NCBI GenBank assembly: GCA_030599585.1
Contig: JAUVNS010000005.1
Location: forward strand, 279,121-343,120
DNA length: 64,000 nucleotides
Direction of reading: 5' to 3'
Source of the DNA: Promethearchaeota archaeon
GTDB taxonomy: Archaea > Asgardarchaeota > Lokiarchaeia > Sigyniarchaeales > SOKP01
Below the pieces are notes generated by a model. The model ran no database searches and was not told where the DNA came from. It saw nothing but the letters and a program-made list of their open reading frames with translations. The translations under genes were made by a program, and so were the position numbers. This document shows, piece by piece, positions 1-10,049 of this stretch (position 1 is its first letter; each line of letters starts with the position of its first letter).

Positions 1-66
1 AATTAACTTATCGCTAATATTTTTATAATCTCATCGTAATAAAAAAAAAATACATATGTAATCCTT

Positions 67-873
67 TTATTTCTTTAACAATCTCTTTGACGACGATCTC
101 ATTCCGATGACTAGGAAAAACAATGAGAAAATCAATGTTAAAGGCAAATGGCCTAAGATAATATAACCAAAAGCAGGTTCAGATGAGTAAGCAAATAATA
201 TAATTGTAACAACTAAGTGAACAATAGAATTCACTATAGCAACATTTCTACTAGGAGATAAAAAACCGAATACTAAATTTGGAATCAGAAATAGTAATAT
301 AATGTTCCCAGTAGATAATAGAATTAACGCTGGGAAAAACTTCGAAAACAGTTCTTCGGTTGTAATATATTGGGTGAGATCGAAAGCCATATAGATAAAA
401 AGTGTTAAATTAATGCTAGCAAAAACTAAAAGAATCGTAAAGGGAGTGTTGATTAGCCAAGAGATCATTATTCTTATTATAGGTGAATGAATCGTTTTAG
501 TTCTTAAAACATCTTGAACAACTTTCTCCATCTCTTCAATGATGATTTTTTCTTGATCATAATCTGGTGAATAAGCGTCAATAAATTCTTGCATGATGTT
601 TCTAATTATTTTTGTTACTAACTCGTTATTATCATTTGAACTGACAATTGCAGCTCCAAGTAGACCTTCATCCTCGATTGGAGCGAGAATTAGTTTATTA
701 TTTTCTCCGAGGTCAACATTTTTTACAGCAGTTCCTAAAGCTTCCCGGCTAAAGTTAGTAATTGAAGTGAAAAACCCTATTAAAATATTGTCGTCGTATT
801 GCTGTTCCTTAATGAACTCTTTGGAATATAATAAAATTCCGTTTTCATCCAAGATATATAAACTTTTTAACAT
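67..873 (-). CDS. Longin/roadblock-like N-terminal domain with C-terminal multi-pass membrane region
   Basis: N-terminus LYILDENGILLYSKEF...LIGFFTSITNFSREAL is typical of Asgard longin-like domains; about 4 hydrophobic helices in the C-terminal half; last gene of the ABC operon. Confidence 0.6.
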   Translation of the reverse strand: MLKSLYILDENGILLYSKEFIKEQQYDDNILIGFFTSITNFSREALGTAVKNVDLGENNKLILAPIEDEGLLGAAIVSSNDNNELVTKIIRNIMQEFIDAYSPDYDQEKIIIEEMEKVVQDVLRTKTIHSPIIRIMISWLINTPFTILLVFASINLTLFIYMAFDLTQYITTEELFSKFFPALILLSTGNIILLFLIPNLVFGFLSPSRNVAIVNSIVHLVVTIILFAYSSEPAFGYIILGHLPLTLIFSLFFLVIGMRSSSKRLLKK

Positions 874-909
874 CTTCTTATATCCTCTTTTATAATCTAA
901 TTAATAACT

Positions 910-2631
910 TCATCTATTTTCAACAAATTCCATATAATCACCGATGGAGGCGGTAGACCTTTTAAAGCTAAAAAGGCTTGAACCCAATAGTTCTGTGATT
1001 TGGATTATTACATCACTAATACTATTTTTTATGAAGATTTTAAATTTCTCGTTCTTTCTTTCTTCAATTATTACCTCTATTTCCTTCATTTCTTTAAGTT
1101 TTTGAATTGAGGAATCGTCTGGATTGTTCAATTCTATGCTCAAAATTTCACCAAATTGAGGTAATTCTTCAATGTAGTCTTTAATAGAGCCTATTTTTGA
1201 TGTATTTTTTGTAATCGTTAGAATTCGGTCACAATTTGATATAATATCTTCCGGACCATGAAAAATTAGGATGACATGAAAATTTTCTTTGATTTTATCC
1301 ATGTATGAATTAAACTTTTCATACTCGAGCTTGCCTAAAATCCCAAATGGTATAGAAAACATTATAATTGTTGGTGATTGGATTAATGCCCTTGTAATAG
1401 AAAAAAGAAGAAATTCCAAAGGAGTCAACTTTGAGAATCTCTTATTTTTCTTATTCAGTAGTCCAGTTGATTCTAAAACTTTTTTTAGATACGCCTTCTT
1501 GCGATTGATTCTATATGACCTGGTTTTTAAGAAATCTTCCATTATTTCATCTAAACTTTGAGCCAAACCAGCTTTCTTTAGCATTAATTTAAATATTTCC
1601 TTCTTTTTCTTATAAATTGCATGTAGATTAATTTGATATTGAATAGCTTTCTTGATCTTCATACTTGTGATTGTTGAATCGTATGCTTGAGGTAGAATGA
1701 AAATTCTTTCTTTCTCAGATGGACTTAATAATATAGTAGGTTTTCCAAAAATTTCGATTGAACCAGAATAGTCATGTTGTGAACCTGCCATGGCGTCAAA
1801 TAAAATCATCAAATCCCGCCTGAGATCAATTTTGGCTAAACTTTTTTCATCAAATATTATTCCTATCGATTTTCCTCGGTGAATTTTGAATGATAATTTA
1901 TCAATCATATCACCTAATGTAACACGATTTACAACCAAATATTGAGAATTTTCTTTTAACACTTTTATTTTTACTCGTGCGGAGACAATACCACATATTC
2001 TATCTACAAGTTCATAAATGTGAGGGGGGTTTTCTGTGTTCCAATTTTTAATCATCTCGTCCTCTATAAATTCTCTCTCAGTGATAATTTTAGATAAAGA
2101 TCTTGAAAAAGAAAAGGTTGGTAAAAACGGATATTTTTCTAAATTAATTTTGAGATTTAAAGTAAAATCAGGATAAGAGATTCTTATCTCTCGGTCGTAT
2201 GGGTTAGTTTTAATTTGATAATTCTCAAATTTTTCGTCAAGTAGTATAATTTCAGTATTTAAAATTCTTAGATGACTTTGGAATTCCGAACTGATAAGCC
2301 TTCTCATGTGGTGGATAATTTTTATGGGATTTATCAATCCGTCTTCATCAAAATCTGGTTCAAATAAAATCTCATTAAAATCAATTTCATTTTCAAGAGG
2401 GGTGTATATCTTCAATAACGGAACTCCTTTTTCAATAACATCACTATTAGGAAAGAATAAAACTTCGATAAACGATTTTTTATAGATTAAATTAATAATA
2501 GAAGCAATCCCAAACGTATTTTCTCTGTAAGTCATCCAAAAACGCTTAGAGAAACGAACAGCATCTAAAATTTTTAATCTTATTCGTTCCAATTCTATAT
2601 CTCTAGAGCTCTTCAATTTCGGGTACCTCAA
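910..2631 (-). CDS. RWD/UBC-like domain fused to a degenerate ABC ATPase
   Basis: LEKYPFLPTFSF...W..ENPPHIYELV resembles UBC/RWD folds; C-terminal half follows ABC layout but Walker A, signature and Walker B are substituted (GIIFDEKS, FSKLTPLE, IIMFSIP). Confidence 0.55.
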   Translation of the reverse strand: MRYPKLKSSRDIELERIRLKILDAVRFSKRFWMTYRENTFGIASIINLIYKKSFIEVLFFPNSDVIEKGVPLLKIYTPLENEIDFNEILFEPDFDEDGLINPIKIIHHMRRLISSEFQSHLRILNTEIILLDEKFENYQIKTNPYDREIRISYPDFTLNLKINLEKYPFLPTFSFSRSLSKIITEREFIEDEMIKNWNTENPPHIYELVDRICGIVSARVKIKVLKENSQYLVVNRVTLGDMIDKLSFKIHRGKSIGIIFDEKSLAKIDLRRDLMILFDAMAGSQHDYSGSIEIFGKPTILLSPSEKERIFILPQAYDSTITSMKIKKAIQYQINLHAIYKKKKEIFKLMLKKAGLAQSLDEIMEDFLKTRSYRINRKKAYLKKVLESTGLLNKKNKRFSKLTPLEFLLFSITRALIQSPTIIMFSIPFGILGKLEYEKFNSYMDKIKENFHVILIFHGPEDIISNCDRILTITKNTSKIGSIKDYIEELPQFGEILSIELNNPDDSSIQKLKEMKEIEVIIEERKNEKFKIFIKNSISDVIIQITELLGSSLFSFKRSTASIGDYMEFVENR

Positions 2632-5600
2632 TTAATTTATATCTAAAAAATTGCTCCATTTTTGAATCAATTTGTTTTAAATCTTGGATTGTATCCTTTC
2701 CTACTTCGTTTTCAATTTTAATAACAAGAGACTCGACATCAAGATTAGTGAATATTGAATAATCCGTCCCTGCCTTATTTTCTAAGACATTCTCTATCCC
2801 ATCTATAGATTCTAACCTTTGGACCATATTTTTTTGAATGGTGTTAAAAGATAATTCAATTGAGCGCCCTTTACCTGGTAACTGAGCAAGTAATTCTTTA
2901 GGCTTCCCGAAATCTATAATCCCTCTATTCCTACCAAAAATTGCAACCCTATTACAAAATCGAGATTCTTCTGGATAATGAGTTATTACAATTAATGTTG
3001 TGCCAAATTGTTCATTAATTTTAGTTAAGGCTAACCATAAATTTTCACGAATAATCGGATCTAATCCCGAAGTAGGCTCGTCTAAAATAAGAAAGATAGG
3101 TGAATGGATTAAACCGATTGCGATACTAACTCTACGTTTTTGGCCTCCTGAAAGATTTTTAACTAATTCATTCATCTTATCTTCAATCTCTAAGCTTCGT
3201 AAGAGTCTTTTAGATCTGCTTATTATTTCTTGCTCAGTTAGACCGTACTGGCTCCCAAATGAGAGTAAATTGTCAATAACAGTGAAATCGTGGTAAATTT
3301 TGCTTAGATCTTGAGGAACATACCCATACATCGGCCGTATCTTTTTAGAAGTTCTTTTATTTATATTTAACCCAAAAATTTGGCAGAAACCGGTTATTTT
3401 CCTCATCCCTAATAAACCCTTAATATATGTGGATTTACCTGCTCCACTTTCGCCTAAAATCCCTAGAATTTGACCGTGTTCTACCTTCATTGTAACAGAA
3501 TCAACAATTAACTTACCACCCGCGTATACGCTGAAATTTTCACAATGAATTGCTGGAAACCTTTGAAGATAGGAGGGTGTGATTTTCCCTCCCAGACCTA
3601 CTTTTTCCTTAATACGCTTTATTAAAGAAATTTTTTTGCGAATTATAAGAAATACATAAGCGCTTAAAATACCAGCTTCAGTTAATAAGATATATATTAA
3701 TAGCACATTCCACGGTTTCGAATCGAAACTTTGATCATATTTTAATTCATCAATTATTATGATTCCATAAGGAGTATTTCTTAAATCAGCTCCAAAATTT
3801 GGATTATCTCCAACCCCTCCCGTACGAACGCTTATACAATCAGAAAACCAGAATAGGGCATCTTTAATGTTTTCTGGCTGAAAATCATAATCATATAACG
3901 ATTTGGAAGCCATGTATGTCGTAAGAAACGAGGATGGTAAGTCTAATAAATCACCCATCATGGGTAGCAAAGAGAAACTACCATCCGAACTTTGCGAAGT
4001 AATCAAGAAATTAATCGCTGACATTTTCGAAATTGGTCCTTGAACGAAACCTTCTTTAAAAATTTGGAGTCCATAATATGTCGAAATGATATCACTATGA
4101 AATCCCATAACAATGGAAAATCCTCCATCTGCATTTTGGCAGGACCTTACCCAATGTGAAAAATTATTGTATTGAATCGTATGAAGTCCGTTAATCAATT
4201 CTAGAGAAACCAAAGCCCAATATGTACTCTCTACAGTAGATGCATTAACATCTATTAAATCCGTAAAAAGTACGGAATAAGCTCCAAAAAGAGAAAACAA
4301 ATAATCAATATCATCACCTACCCTAAATCCACCATCAGGATTTTGCAAACTAGATAGATAATTCTTAGTAGCGTTTAATACATTAATAGGAGTTGTTTGA
4401 AACCATGGACGATTTCGAGGAATGATCATCTCTAAAAGCTTAATACCGCAATAAGTAGAAAATAATGTAGCATTTTGTCCTGGTTGAGACCCAAACCCTC
4501 CATCATATGAATTATAACATGCTCCCACAAAATTTAATATATAATTTTTTATGGCTTGAAATTGAGATGTTTGTATTGTATCTAAATATCCCATTTCATA
4601 ATAAGTTAATACACCAAAATAGTTAGATTCTATTGTAATTTGCCCGAACAGAGCATTCTTAGCTTGAAAAAAGTGCAGCCAATTATAATATTTAACAGAT
4701 ACCTGATGAATTACATTAGAAAGCTCAATTGTGAGATTAAGCCTCGGTGTTAATATTCCAATTGATTTCATTGCTGCCCACCCAGAGTTAAAATCCGATA
4801 TGGTAGTGTTAGGGCGAACACCAAATCCACCATTATTATTTGATGAATTTAAAACAAAATTTAATGTTTCATCCTCATTATTTAATATATTAAACCCTAA
4901 CAGATTCTCTACTATCTCTAATGTTGAAATTGAGTAATAAGTTGTTTGGACATCAGACATTCCCGTTTCAGGATTTGTATACCCTCCATCGAATGAGTTA
5001 TACAATGAACCAAAATACGCCCAAATTGATGTTAAATCAAAAATACTATAGGTCATATTCATCCTTAAATAAGCCCTTACACCGTAGAATGTTGCTTCAG
5101 GAGTGCTGATTAACGAGTTGTTAGTTAACCTATAACTACCTCCAAGCCATGTAGAATTTATAAATTCTCCAACTTTTTTGTTTGTAATACTAGACATTTC
5201 AGATATGCTATAAGATAATTTAATCGCGCTAAAAGTAGAAATTATGTCTGAATCGTTTAGAAATTGATTAAATTTAAAACCCCATCCGCCCCCATTAAGA
5301 GAGCTTAACAGATATTTCGCTATATTATCTGTTTCTCCAAGTTGAACTTTTCTCTCAAGGTATGAAATATTAGCTATTTTTAATGTTTCGATAGCCATAT
5401 AAGTAGAGAACAAATTCCCCAGACCTGCGATATCTGAATAAGAACCATCGTAATTTTGTTTTTCAAATATATAATTAAAGAAGATATCTTTTAGAAAAAA
5501 TTGTACATTGGTATTATTGTTAGGATCAATTAAATCTGGAGCATATATGTTTGTAAATGTAAAATTTGTGGAATCTATTGCTCGATAATTTGAATCGATT

Positions 5601-5809
5601 TCAGGTTCCACAAACAAGCCTATTTGATTATGATGAGTGGTTGCAAATAATGTTGCAAGGTTTTTAGCTTTGCTTACATCTGTTTCACTTATAAAATAGG
5701 TCCATCTAATATTGATTAAAACCAATGATATTATTGGTGTTCCTGCTAAAATTATGAGTATTATAAGCCTTTTGAGTCTTTTTTTGTTTTTACGATTAAG
5801 ATTTATTAT
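2603..5809 (-). CDS. Prenyltransferase/squalene-cyclase-repeat extracellular domain + TM helix + ABC ATPase fusion
   Basis: Many QNxDGGF-type repeats; GESGAGKS, LSGGQKRR, LILDEPTSGLD. Frame stays open upstream of 5725 to an ATA at 5809 behind GGAGGTGA, adding a basic plus hydrophobic signal anchor. Confidence 0.85.
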   Translation of the reverse strand: MINLNRKNKKRLKRLIILIILAGTPIISLVLINIRWTYFISETDVSKAKNLATLFATTHHNQIGLFVEPEIDSNYRAIDSTNFTFTNIYAPDLIDPNNNTNVQFFLKDIFFNYIFEKQNYDGSYSDIAGLGNLFSTYMAIETLKIANISYLERKVQLGETDNIAKYLLSSLNGGGWGFKFNQFLNDSDIISTFSAIKLSYSISEMSSITNKKVGEFINSTWLGGSYRLTNNSLISTPEATFYGVRAYLRMNMTYSIFDLTSIWAYFGSLYNSFDGGYTNPETGMSDVQTTYYSISTLEIVENLLGFNILNNEDETLNFVLNSSNNNGGFGVRPNTTISDFNSGWAAMKSIGILTPRLNLTIELSNVIHQVSVKYYNWLHFFQAKNALFGQITIESNYFGVLTYYEMGYLDTIQTSQFQAIKNYILNFVGACYNSYDGGFGSQPGQNATLFSTYCGIKLLEMIIPRNRPWFQTTPINVLNATKNYLSSLQNPDGGFRVGDDIDYLFSLFGAYSVLFTDLIDVNASTVESTYWALVSLELINGLHTIQYNNFSHWVRSCQNADGGFSIVMGFHSDIISTYYGLQIFKEGFVQGPISKMSAINFLITSQSSDGSFSLLPMMGDLLDLPSSFLTTYMASKSLYDYDFQPENIKDALFWFSDCISVRTGGVGDNPNFGADLRNTPYGIIIIDELKYDQSFDSKPWNVLLIYILLTEAGILSAYVFLIIRKKISLIKRIKEKVGLGGKITPSYLQRFPAIHCENFSVYAGGKLIVDSVTMKVEHGQILGILGESGAGKSTYIKGLLGMRKITGFCQIFGLNINKRTSKKIRPMYGYVPQDLSKIYHDFTVIDNLLSFGSQYGLTEQEIISRSKRLLRSLEIEDKMNELVKNLSGGQKRRVSIAIGLIHSPIFLILDEPTSGLDPIIRENLWLALTKINEQFGTTLIVITHYPEESRFCNRVAIFGRNRGIIDFGKPKELLAQLPGKGRSIELSFNTIQKNMVQRLESIDGIENVLENKAGTDYSIFTNLDVESLVIKIENEVGKDTIQDLKQIDSKMEQFFRYKLIEVPEIEEL

Positions 5810-6840
5810 GGATTGTCACCTCCATTCAATATTTCAGAATTATTTAGACGGTTTTCAATTTCTTCCTCTTCTTGAATTCTGATTTGAAAGTATCTTCTAA
5901 AATTAGCGACGTCCCTGCTCATGGAATAAACTTTTAAATTATTTTCAAACAAGAATTTCATCAATTTAGGTAAGCTATCTTCAAAATCTTCCATTAAAAC
6001 TTCGATAGTCTCGTTTCCAACCCTTAATACTTTTTCTGTGAATGGATACTTTTGTATGGTATTAATTATCTCTTGGTTTAAATTTTCAATTGAAATTCTT
6101 GCTACCAAACCATTACTAGGTAAAGAGTTTATAAGATTTTGTGGAGAATCGAATTCAAGCAATTTCCCTTCCCTTAAAATAGCACATTTATCACATATTA
6201 ACGCTGCTTCTAAATCGTGAGTAATTATAAACATGGTAGTATTTAGCTGCTGGTTTAACTTCTTAAGATAGCTAAGAATATCATAACGCTTAGATGCATC
6301 GACTCCAGTAGTAGGTTCGTCAAGAAATAAGACTTTTGGGTTATGAATTAACCCAATAGCCATTGATAAGCGCTTTTTTTCCCCGCCGCTCATCTTCTTA
6401 ACTCTTTTTTTCCAGGTGTCTTGGGGGATATCTAATATGTTAAATAATTTTTCAGCAGTTGATTTTGCTTCTTTTTTATCCATTCCATAAGTAGAGGTAA
6501 AAATCTCAACATTAACCATGGGATTTAGTTCAAAATATAGATTTAGCAGTTCTAATTGAGGTACATATCCGATATTGCTTAAAATTTTTGAGTGATTTCC
6601 TTTTTTACTCGGATTTAAACCTGTAACTAATACATTGCCACTCCAGTTTTTTTTATCAATCTGGCATGTTAAAACCCTTATTATGGTTGTTTTTCCAGCT
6701 CCGGATATTCCGAACATCCCAATAATCTCCCCTTCTTCTACATTAAATGAAACATCTTGAACTATTTGCTTATCTCCGAAAATGACATTTAAATTTTCAA
6801 CAAATACCATTGTGTTGTTCGAATTCTCAGTAGTCTCCAT
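5806..6840 (-). CDS. ABC transporter ATP-binding protein (ABC-2 type)
   Basis: GISGAGKT, MSGGEKKR, FLDEPTTGVD, H-loop ITHD. Confidence 0.95.
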   Translation of the reverse strand: METTENSNNTMVFVENLNVIFGDKQIVQDVSFNVEEGEIIGMFGISGAGKTTIIRVLTCQIDKKNWSGNVLVTGLNPSKKGNHSKILSNIGYVPQLELLNLYFELNPMVNVEIFTSTYGMDKKEAKSTAEKLFNILDIPQDTWKKRVKKMSGGEKKRLSMAIGLIHNPKVLFLDEPTTGVDASKRYDILSYLKKLNQQLNTTMFIITHDLEAALICDKCAILREGKLLEFDSPQNLINSLPSNGLVARISIENLNQEIINTIQKYPFTEKVLRVGNETIEVLMEDFEDSLPKLMKFLFENNLKVYSMSRDVANFRRYFQIRIQEEEEIENRLNNSEILNGGDNP

Positions 6841-6841
6841 G

Positions 6842-8056
6842 TCACACCTCGTATTTTCTTCTCTGAAACAAAATAAATGACAACACTACGAGAACAAGAC
6901 TTACTCCTAAAAGAGAAAAGAAATCAAAACCAAATACAGATTTCCCTTTAGTAATTATTCCTGTAATTAAAGGGGATCCATGAGATAATGGGAGCACATA
7001 GGCTATAGCTTGTAGGTAAATGGGCATAGCTTCAATGGGAATAAAAATTCCGCTTAAAAGAATCAAAACGAGAAAGGTTGCAAAAAATAATTGATTTGCT
7101 TGGGTTTTAGTTTTACTTAAAGTACTAATAAATATACCAATTGTAAGACCGGCAAAACCTAAAATGAATAAAGCTAGAAATAAATCAAATACAGTTCCTA
7201 GTAAATATAAACCAAAACCTAAAGCGGCCATCACAAGAGAAATATTTTGAACGATTAAAATGCTAAGGTAGGTTACATATTTTGCTAATAGTATTTCAAT
7301 TCTTTTAACCGGTGTGAGTAACAATCTCGCAACGGGCTTTTCTTGAACGATGATTAAGATTGTTGAGACCATACCAACGCCAATTATCATAAAAGACAAC
7401 ACTAATACCATGGTATTATTATACCCTGAGCTGTAGTTTTCTGGAATTGTAAATTCCTCAAAGCCATTGAGTTCAAATTGAGGAGTTAAATTATTCTGGG
7501 ACACAAAAATTTTAATCGAATCGTAAACAGCATTTAAGTTAACCTGAATTTTTTGGATATCTGATGAATCTGTTATACAGTCGATTAAACCTGGATACCC
7601 CCAACTTATTAATTCCGAAAAATCGACAGGAATTGCTATAATAATCTGAATCCTTTTAGAAATCATGTAATTTCTAGCGGTCTCCATTGCATATATCTCC
7701 TCAGTTGCGTTGAAAAATTGGACGAGGTTCAATAAATTTGATGAATTAACAGCCTCGACATATTTAAGATTATAATCATCCAGTTCTGATTCTGTGAAAT
7801 TATTTTCTTCAATAAAAGTGTTTGAATCATAGGAAACGACAACGCAATTAATAGGGTCTGCGGGTCCTCCCGAACTACTAGAGGTTACACCTATTAAAAC
7901 TACAACGAGAGGAGGTACAATTAACGCTATGAAAATATTAAACTTATCTGTCCATAATAGACGAAATTCTTTTTTAATTTGGTTAAATAACCTTAGAACA
8001 CTGTTTTTTTGAAATAATTTCTTACCATTTTTTTTGTTTAAACTTCTAATGATTAT
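6842..8056 (-). CDS. ABC-2 family permease (longer than the ORF-track call)
   Basis: ABC-2 membrane motifs (LSGIFIPIEAMP..LQAIAYVLPLSH); frame open from 7732 up to ATA at 8056 and encodes QIKKEFRLLWTDKFNIFIALIVPP, matching the N-terminus of the paralogous permease. Confidence 0.85.
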   Translation of the reverse strand: MIIRSLNKKNGKKLFQKNSVLRLFNQIKKEFRLLWTDKFNIFIALIVPPLVVVLIGVTSSSSGGPADPINCVVVSYDSNTFIEENNFTESELDDYNLKYVEAVNSSNLLNLVQFFNATEEIYAMETARNYMISKRIQIIIAIPVDFSELISWGYPGLIDCITDSSDIQKIQVNLNAVYDSIKIFVSQNNLTPQFELNGFEEFTIPENYSSGYNNTMVLVLSFMIIGVGMVSTILIIVQEKPVARLLLTPVKRIEILLAKYVTYLSILIVQNISLVMAALGFGLYLLGTVFDLFLALFILGFAGLTIGIFISTLSKTKTQANQLFFATFLVLILLSGIFIPIEAMPIYLQAIAYVLPLSHGSPLITGIITKGKSVFGFDFFSLLGVSLVLVVLSFILFQRRKYEV

Positions 8057-9208
8057 CTATACCTCCAGTTTTTTAAATTTATAACCAATGTAGGCAATAG
8101 TAAGAAAGACAAAAGAAATCATTAGCATAAAAAACACGTGTTCTAAATTTAATGGTAATCCTCTTAGAGTGATATCAGTAATCAATACTGAAGCATGACT
8201 TAATGGTAAAACATCAGCTAGGAATTTTGCTCCACCTAAAGACTCTGCGGGTAATAGTGTTCCTGAGAAAATAATAATCACGATAAACATCATTAGATAC
8301 ATCTGATTAGCTCCCTGTTCAGTTGGACTAATAGCTGAAATAAATAAACCAATAGCAACTCCACAAAACCCAATCAATATTAAAACTAGATAGAAATCAA
8401 AGAGTGAGCCTAAACTATACAAACCAAAAAATGATGTAAGGATAAATATTTCTGTGGCCTGCATAATCATTATTACTGTGTTTGCTATTAGTTTACTCAA
8501 AATTATATCTCTCTTTGCTGTTGGAGTTATAAGCATTCTCGGTAGTGGACCCTCTGAAACAATAGATAAAGATGTAAGATTCATAGTAGTTCCTACAATA
8601 ATTATTGGCAAAATTAGAGCTAATGCATAATTTAATAATTGAGATTCCCACGAGGGTACGCCAAATTCCAGATGAGGGATCATAATAGTAAAATTTTCTA
8701 TCATGTTAATTTCCATCCTAAATAAAGCGAGCGGTTCCTGGATTGCAACTTCTATCGCACCAACAGCGCTAGAATCAGAACCATCGATGTAATAGATTAA
8801 CACGGGATTGGAATTATTTGCGATCGACTCTGAAAAATTTTGTGGAAGTATGATGAAAACATCTATGAGCTCATTTTTTAACAAATATATGCAGCGATTA
8901 AAAGCCTGGTAATATTCTCCAATATTCGTGGAATTAAACTGGTTATAGAGGTCCCATGTTGTCGAATTTTTCTCCATTATCGAGATAAAAATGTTATCAT
9001 ATTCGGTAGAATTTGAAGGAAAATCATCGAAGGTAGGCATTTCATCACGGGTTATGATTGCCGCTGTAAAAAATTTAGTAGGACCGACACCAGTAGTTAG
9101 CCCAAAAATTATAATTAACAGCATTGGGATTGTGAACAATAGTATTAAAGTCCTCTTATCAGATTTAATCCTATTAAATTCTTTTTGAATTAGACTGCTT
9201 ATAGTCAT
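8057..9208 (-). CDS. ABC-2 family permease
   Basis: IQKEFNRIKSDKRTLILLFTIP N-terminus, extracellular loop, C-terminal multi-TM with FSGTLLP/LPLSH. Confidence 0.9.
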   Translation of the reverse strand: MTISSLIQKEFNRIKSDKRTLILLFTIPMLLIIIFGLTTGVGPTKFFTAAIITRDEMPTFDDFPSNSTEYDNIFISIMEKNSTTWDLYNQFNSTNIGEYYQAFNRCIYLLKNELIDVFIILPQNFSESIANNSNPVLIYYIDGSDSSAVGAIEVAIQEPLALFRMEINMIENFTIMIPHLEFGVPSWESQLLNYALALILPIIIVGTTMNLTSLSIVSEGPLPRMLITPTAKRDIILSKLIANTVIMIMQATEIFILTSFFGLYSLGSLFDFYLVLILIGFCGVAIGLFISAISPTEQGANQMYLMMFIVIIIFSGTLLPAESLGGAKFLADVLPLSHASVLITDITLRGLPLNLEHVFFMLMISFVFLTIAYIGYKFKKLEV

Positions 9209-9322
9209 TAAACTATGCTCTCACGTGAGATTCTTTATGAATTGAACATAAAGATTTGATAACTAATTAAAAGATATATAGACTACTTTTATAAAAAACT
9301 TATTACCTTAATTGTCAATAAT

Positions 9323-9880
9323 TCAAATTTTAGGAGAAATTTCAAGAAGAGCATGCTCAGTTTTATGCGAAAAGTCATTCATACTTAAAATCAGCCTTCT
9401 TCTTTTATCTTTTAGAATGAATTTTCGAAAGGTTTCATTGTTTTCGTCAATAAATTCCCAAAACTCATCGTATATTTCCTTTAAAGTCATTTTAGAATTA
9501 GTCTCAGCTTTTATGTCAACATATTTCTTATCTTTATCAATATCTGGCTTTCTTGGTCTAGTTTTAGATTTTTTCTTATGTAACACATTGGATTTATAGA
9601 GATCTAAACTGTTTACAAAGTGGTTATTAGAATCAAACTTATTTTGCTTATCGTTCTTGTCGTGGTTCAATTGGAAATCTACTTTTTGGTATCCCCTTAT
9701 CGCAAAATTTTTGTCTAAAAACAATTGAAAATGGTGCGGACAAATTTTACCTTTTGGTACTGATACAGTAGTTAGTTGTGTTGCATTATTTATTACTGAT
9801 TTAGGAATTTGTATAACATCTTTCGACTTACAGACAGGACAAATAACTTGAACGTATCTATTGGTTGTTATAACTTCCAT
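9323..9880 (-). CDS. Lokiarchaeal Zn-ribbon hypothetical protein
   Basis: CPVC...CPHHFQLFLDKNFAIRGYQKVDF motif. Confidence 0.6.
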   Translation of the reverse strand: MEVITTNRYVQVICPVCKSKDVIQIPKSVINNATQLTTVSVPKGKICPHHFQLFLDKNFAIRGYQKVDFQLNHDKNDKQNKFDSNNHFVNSLDLYKSNVLHKKKSKTRPRKPDIDKDKKYVDIKAETNSKMTLKEIYDEFWEFIDENNETFRKFILKDKRRRLILSMNDFSHKTEHALLEISPKI

Positions 9881-10049
9881 ACAATTTTAAAAAAAAATGC
9901 ATTAATTTTTTCGTCTTACCATTTATTTATATCTTAGAATATAAATACCCCTAATTTTGAAATTAATATAGTCTCGACCTTCAAAACTAAATTTTAAGTT
10001 AAATAAATTATAATCTCTATTATATTCTCTATAAAGGGACAAATTAATT

